A stretch of DNA of 64,000 bases. Origin: an uncultured archaeon. Its GTDB lineage: Archaea > Thermoproteota > Nitrososphaeria > Nitrososphaerales > Gagatemarchaeaceae. Every line of letters starts with the position of its first letter. Within the stretch, counting starts at the first letter, position 1. The notes beneath the pieces are model-generated. The model made no database searches. It saw only the letters and a list, made by a program, of their open reading frames with translations, and was not told where the DNA came from. Shown here one piece after another: positions 60,842 to 64,000 of this stretch. The stretch covers positions 1,376,001-1,440,000 of the forward strand of contig CAWCYD010000003.1 in assembly GCA_963799775.1 (NCBI GenBank), in the 5' to 3' direction. Position numbers and translations under genes: made by a program.

Positions 60842-61135
60842 GTGTTCGATATAAGCCAGGTCGAGAGATGGATTCGAGCGCAGATGAAGTTAAGCACTGA
60901 GCAAAGGGAAGAGCTGTCAAGCTCTTCGTATGCATGCCCGATCGACAAGAAGCTGCCCATAAACGACGCAGCCCACGTTCGAAACGCCATGGCGCGGTTC
61001 GACCAGGTCATCACGGCCAAATGCCACCCCGAGGAAGCGAGGAGGCGGATCTTGGCCGCCGCCAAGAAATATGGCGTGGACGTCAGGGAATTCAGGGACG
61101 TCAAGCACTTCAAGAGCACAAAGAGAGGAGCCTAA
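60842..61135 (+). CDS. DUF6582-like small protein
   Basis: KLPINDAAHVRNAMARFDQV...ARRRILAAAKKYG. Confidence 0.7.
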   Translation: MFDISQVERWIRAQMKLSTEQREELSSSSYACPIDKKLPINDAAHVRNAMARFDQVITAKCHPEEARRRILAAAKKYGVDVREFRDVKHFKSTKRGA

Positions 61136-61256
61136 GGGCGGCCACGGAAAGCGAGGGCGGAGCTCGCCGAGGGCGCAGGCTGGACCCGGGAAGGTCAAGC
61201 TGCCGTCGTAGGCCGGCACAAGAGTCAATACTCGACCGTGGCAAGGGGTTGGTACT

Positions 61257-62099
61257 TTGGGCACCCCCATTACGACGGTGGACGCGTTCACTGACGTCCG
61301 ATACTCGGGAAATCCCGCCGGTGTCTGCATCCTCCCCAAAGGCGAGCATGGGGCTGACTGGATGCAAAAGGTCGCGCGCGAGATGAACCTCCCCGAGACA
61401 GCTTACTTGGTCAAGAGAAAGGGAGAAGGCTCGGGCAACGGCGTCGCCAGCTATGACCTGCGTTGGTTCTCACCATTGGTCGAGATCGATCTCTGCGGGC
61501 ACGCGACCTTGGCGAGCGCCCACGTCCTGTATGAGGACGGGCAGGTCAAGGAGGACGCGGGGATACACTTTCACACGCGCAGCGGGGTCTTGAAGGCCGA
61601 GAAGGCGTCCAGGGGCAAGGAGGGATGGATCGAGCTCGACTTCCCTGCGTTGCCTGAGAAGCGCTTCAATGGGCCCACCGAGAAGCTGGCGAAGGCGCTC
61701 GGGGCGAACCCCAGGCACGTGGGAGCGTATGGCTCCGACTACTTGGTCGAGCTGCAGAGCGAGAAGGAGGTCAGAGGGCTCTCGCCAGACTTTGGCCTTC
61801 TCAAGGAGCTCCCCGCCCGCGGGGTCGCCGTGACCGCGCCTCCAGGCGCCTCCACGAAGGCCAAGGGCTTTGATTTTGTGTCGAGGTTCTTCGCCCCAGC
61901 CGTCGGGATAGACGAAGACCCGGTCACGGGCTCGGCACACTGCGCCCTGGGCCCCTTCTGGGGGAGGCGCCTCGGGAAGGAGAAGGTGACAGGATACCAA
62001 GCATCAGCTCGCGGAGGGACCGTTAGGGTGAGGATGCGAGGGGATAGAGTAATTCTCGGAGGGAAGGCCGTCACTGTGATGCGTGGGGAACTGCAGTAG
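61257..62099 (+). CDS. PhzF family isomerase
   Basis: VDAFT, GNPAGV, NLPETA, LCGHATL and EDPVTGSAH motifs. Confidence 0.9.
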   Translation: MGTPITTVDAFTDVRYSGNPAGVCILPKGEHGADWMQKVAREMNLPETAYLVKRKGEGSGNGVASYDLRWFSPLVEIDLCGHATLASAHVLYEDGQVKEDAGIHFHTRSGVLKAEKASRGKEGWIELDFPALPEKRFNGPTEKLAKALGANPRHVGAYGSDYLVELQSEKEVRGLSPDFGLLKELPARGVAVTAPPGASTKAKGFDFVSRFFAPAVGIDEDPVTGSAHCALGPFWGRRLGKEKVTGYQASARGGTVRVRMRGDRVILGGKAVTVMRGELQ

Positions 62100-62108
62100 C
62101 CTAGGTTC

Positions 62109-62733
62109 CTACGCCGTGTTGCAGTCTACAGAAAGTTCTCCGTTGTAGCCAGCAGTTGGAGGGGCCACTGTGATCACGACAACAAAACTCTCCAATGCCC
62201 CATGAGTCCCGTTATCAGTTCCAGACATTGGGATAGTGGGAGTGCTTCCGATTACAGAGAAGCCAGGCGTGCTAATTGTAAGATTTGTAATCTTGGTTGG
62301 GCAATCGGCCCCGGATGCTGTGCAGGTATTGAAGACCACAGTGATGAGCAGCGTGAACGTTGAGTAGGGGTCACCCACATATTGTTGCGAACCTGAAAAG
62401 GCCCCATCATTCACCACTGTCTGGTTCGTGATGAGATGTGCAAGATTTTGTGCATACACCTCAGTGTCCATGTCCGAAATGATGACTTGGGGTCCGGTAA
62501 TCGTTGAGGATGATTCTGAAATTAACTGAGTTGAGTTAAAGCTGGAACTCGAACTAATTGACGCGGTCGCGGATGAGGTCGTTTGGGTGCTTGAGATGCT
62601 GCTTGACTTGGCCCCCAAGAAGGTTCCCGCTCGACAAGACTATGCCTATCCCAACTATTGCAATGATGACGACGCCTACGACAGCGCCGAGAGCGTTGCT
62701 TATTCCGTGTCTGGACGTCGGTCTATGCTGCAT
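62109..62733 (-). CDS. membrane-anchored Ser/Thr-rich protein (frameshift near 62612)
   Basis: N-terminal GISNALGAVVGVVIIAIV in one frame; S/T-rich linker and Ig-like tail in another. Confidence 0.5.
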
Positions 62734-62833
62734 TCAGACCGCCACATCAAGGGATTCCGTAAGATAAAAGTCTCCAGTTAGAATAATGCGAACCCAAGGG
62801 ATAAGTAATCAAGAGCGGATTTCCTGAACTAAG

Positions 62834-64000
62834 ATGTTCAGACGGCAGCCAGGTGTTTCCCAAGGGATAATCGCCCTGGTTGTGATAGTTGTCATTGCTG
62901 CAGCCGCAGCTAGTTATGTGCTACTTCGTCCCAACGGAGGAGGCGGAACACCGTTCACGAACTCTACGAATTCAACGAATTCAACGACCACGGCTAGCTC
63001 TGTCGCGTCGACATCGGCTCCCCCTCAGGAATTGGTGACGGCGGCACAAAACGAATGTCAAGCTGCAGGTTCCAATTGCCTGACGATAATGACAACTCAA
63101 GCCGCTTCTAATTGGGACGATTGCTACGGGCCCGCGTTCTATTCTGAATATCCTTGGGCAACGAATAAGGTGACCTATACGAGTGAGTCTACTGCTGCAG
63201 AGACCATACAACTGATATCGAACTATCAGGCCCATTCCATCCAGGTTGATGTCGCGACAGGCACTCTTGCAGGCCTTGCCCCCGCCCTTTCAGCTGGTGT
63301 GATGATCAATTATACCAGCCCCATGGTGAAGACCATGAACTACACCGCGGATGCATACGGGACTAATTGGATCACGACGAACCTCGCCATTGTACACATG
63401 ATCTACAATCCATCCGTTTTGACTGCCAACAACATGCCCGTTCCAAAGACTTGGGCCGACTTGGCGAATCCTGCTTACAAGAATCAGATAGCCTTCCAAA
63501 CAGCGACAGCTCTAGGAATCAGTACAGCTGAATTCTACTACCTCTCGACGCAGATGAGCAACTCGAGCTGGACTACCCTCATGCAGGGCATCGCAGCGAA
63601 CAACCCAATAATAACGCAGACGGCCGTGAACGCAGAGCAAGACGTCATCAGCGGCCAGGTCGCGGTAGGGATAGCTACTTTTGATGACTATGTCGGAGAT
63701 GTGAAAGAAGGAATCGGCCCGAGCGTCTTGGCGTTTGCCGATATCGAGCCCATAGTCTACACGCCAGGCGTTGTTACCATCACCAGTGGCGCCCCGCACC
63801 CTAACATGGCGAAATTATTCGAAGCCTGGTACATTTCGAACTCCGGTCAAGAAGCCGTTCTCTGCACCAATCATGACCCCTACACTCCTGTCACAGGCGG
63901 GCTGCTCAACTACCTTCCATCCGATTACAGACTCGTAAACGCCTACGCCAACACAGCGCTTCTAGCTGATACGGGCTCTTGGAGCTCATTGTTCAAGAAC
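62834..64000 (+). CDS. ABC transporter substrate-binding protein (Fe/thiamine-type), frameshifted, runs off window
   Basis: N-terminal TM plus TNS repeats; later IVYNP, PKTWADLANPAYK and APHPNMAKLF motifs. Confidence 0.65.
   Translation, partial: MFRRQPGVSQGIIALVVIVVIAAAAASYVLLRPNGGGGTPFTNSTNSTNSTTTASSVASTSAPPQELVTAAQNECQAAGSNCLTIMTTQAASNWDDCYGPAFYSEYPWATNKVTYTSESTAAETIQLISNYQAHSIQVDVATGTLAGLAPALSAGVMINYTSPMVKTMNYTADAYGTNWITTNLAIVHMIYNPSVLTANNMPVPKTWADLANPAYKNQIAFQTATALGISTAEFYYLSTQMSNSSWTTLMQGIAANNPIITQTAVNAEQDVISGQVAVGIATFDDYVGDVKEGIGPSVLAFADIEPIVYTPGVVTITSGAPHPNMAKLFEAWYISNSGQEAVLCTNHDPYTPVTGGLLNYLPSDYRLVNAYANTALLADTGSWSSLFKN

Noticed and set aside
62957-62987. 9-bp tandem repeat ACGAATTCA
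   Set aside because: It encodes a Thr-Asn-Ser linker in the ABC substrate-binding protein.

Overview
Archaeal genomic DNA, probably a GC-rich non-ammonia-oxidising Nitrososphaerota lineage. This is inferred from TFB, intron-containing tRNAs, an F420-dependent oxidoreductase and many Nitrososphaera-type winged-HTH regulators. The dominant feature is a ~32.5 kb composite island at the 3' end of tRNA-Gly(GCC) (8401-40885). Each end carries a tyrosine integrase followed by a J-domain membrane protein gene, and copies of the tRNA-Gly 3' end occur at 8401, 23607 and 24526. The core (16.1-36.3 kb) is a co-oriented array of modules, each encoding a secreted G1-type glutamic (or thermopsin-like) protease plus a membrane-anchored partner. 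Modules are delimited by two recurring non-coding motifs: motif C, a truncated copy of one arm of a hairpin-rich origin-like sequence beside an FtsK/HerA ATPase-nuclease fusion, and motif A, which resembles a tyrosine-recombinase site. A second hotspot at tRNA-Ala(GGC) carries two integrase-less islets, one with a LAGLIDADG endonuclease and regulators and one with a TA-like pair. The flanks hold a DEAH helicase, TFB, PaoABC-like molybdoenzyme genes, ppa, a radical SAM enzyme, small stress proteins, PhzF and an ABC substrate-binding protein. Many genes, including conserved ones, have single-base frameshifts, probably in part sequencing or assembly indels, so pseudogene calls are tentative. Family assignments rest on visual motif recognition, not database searches.
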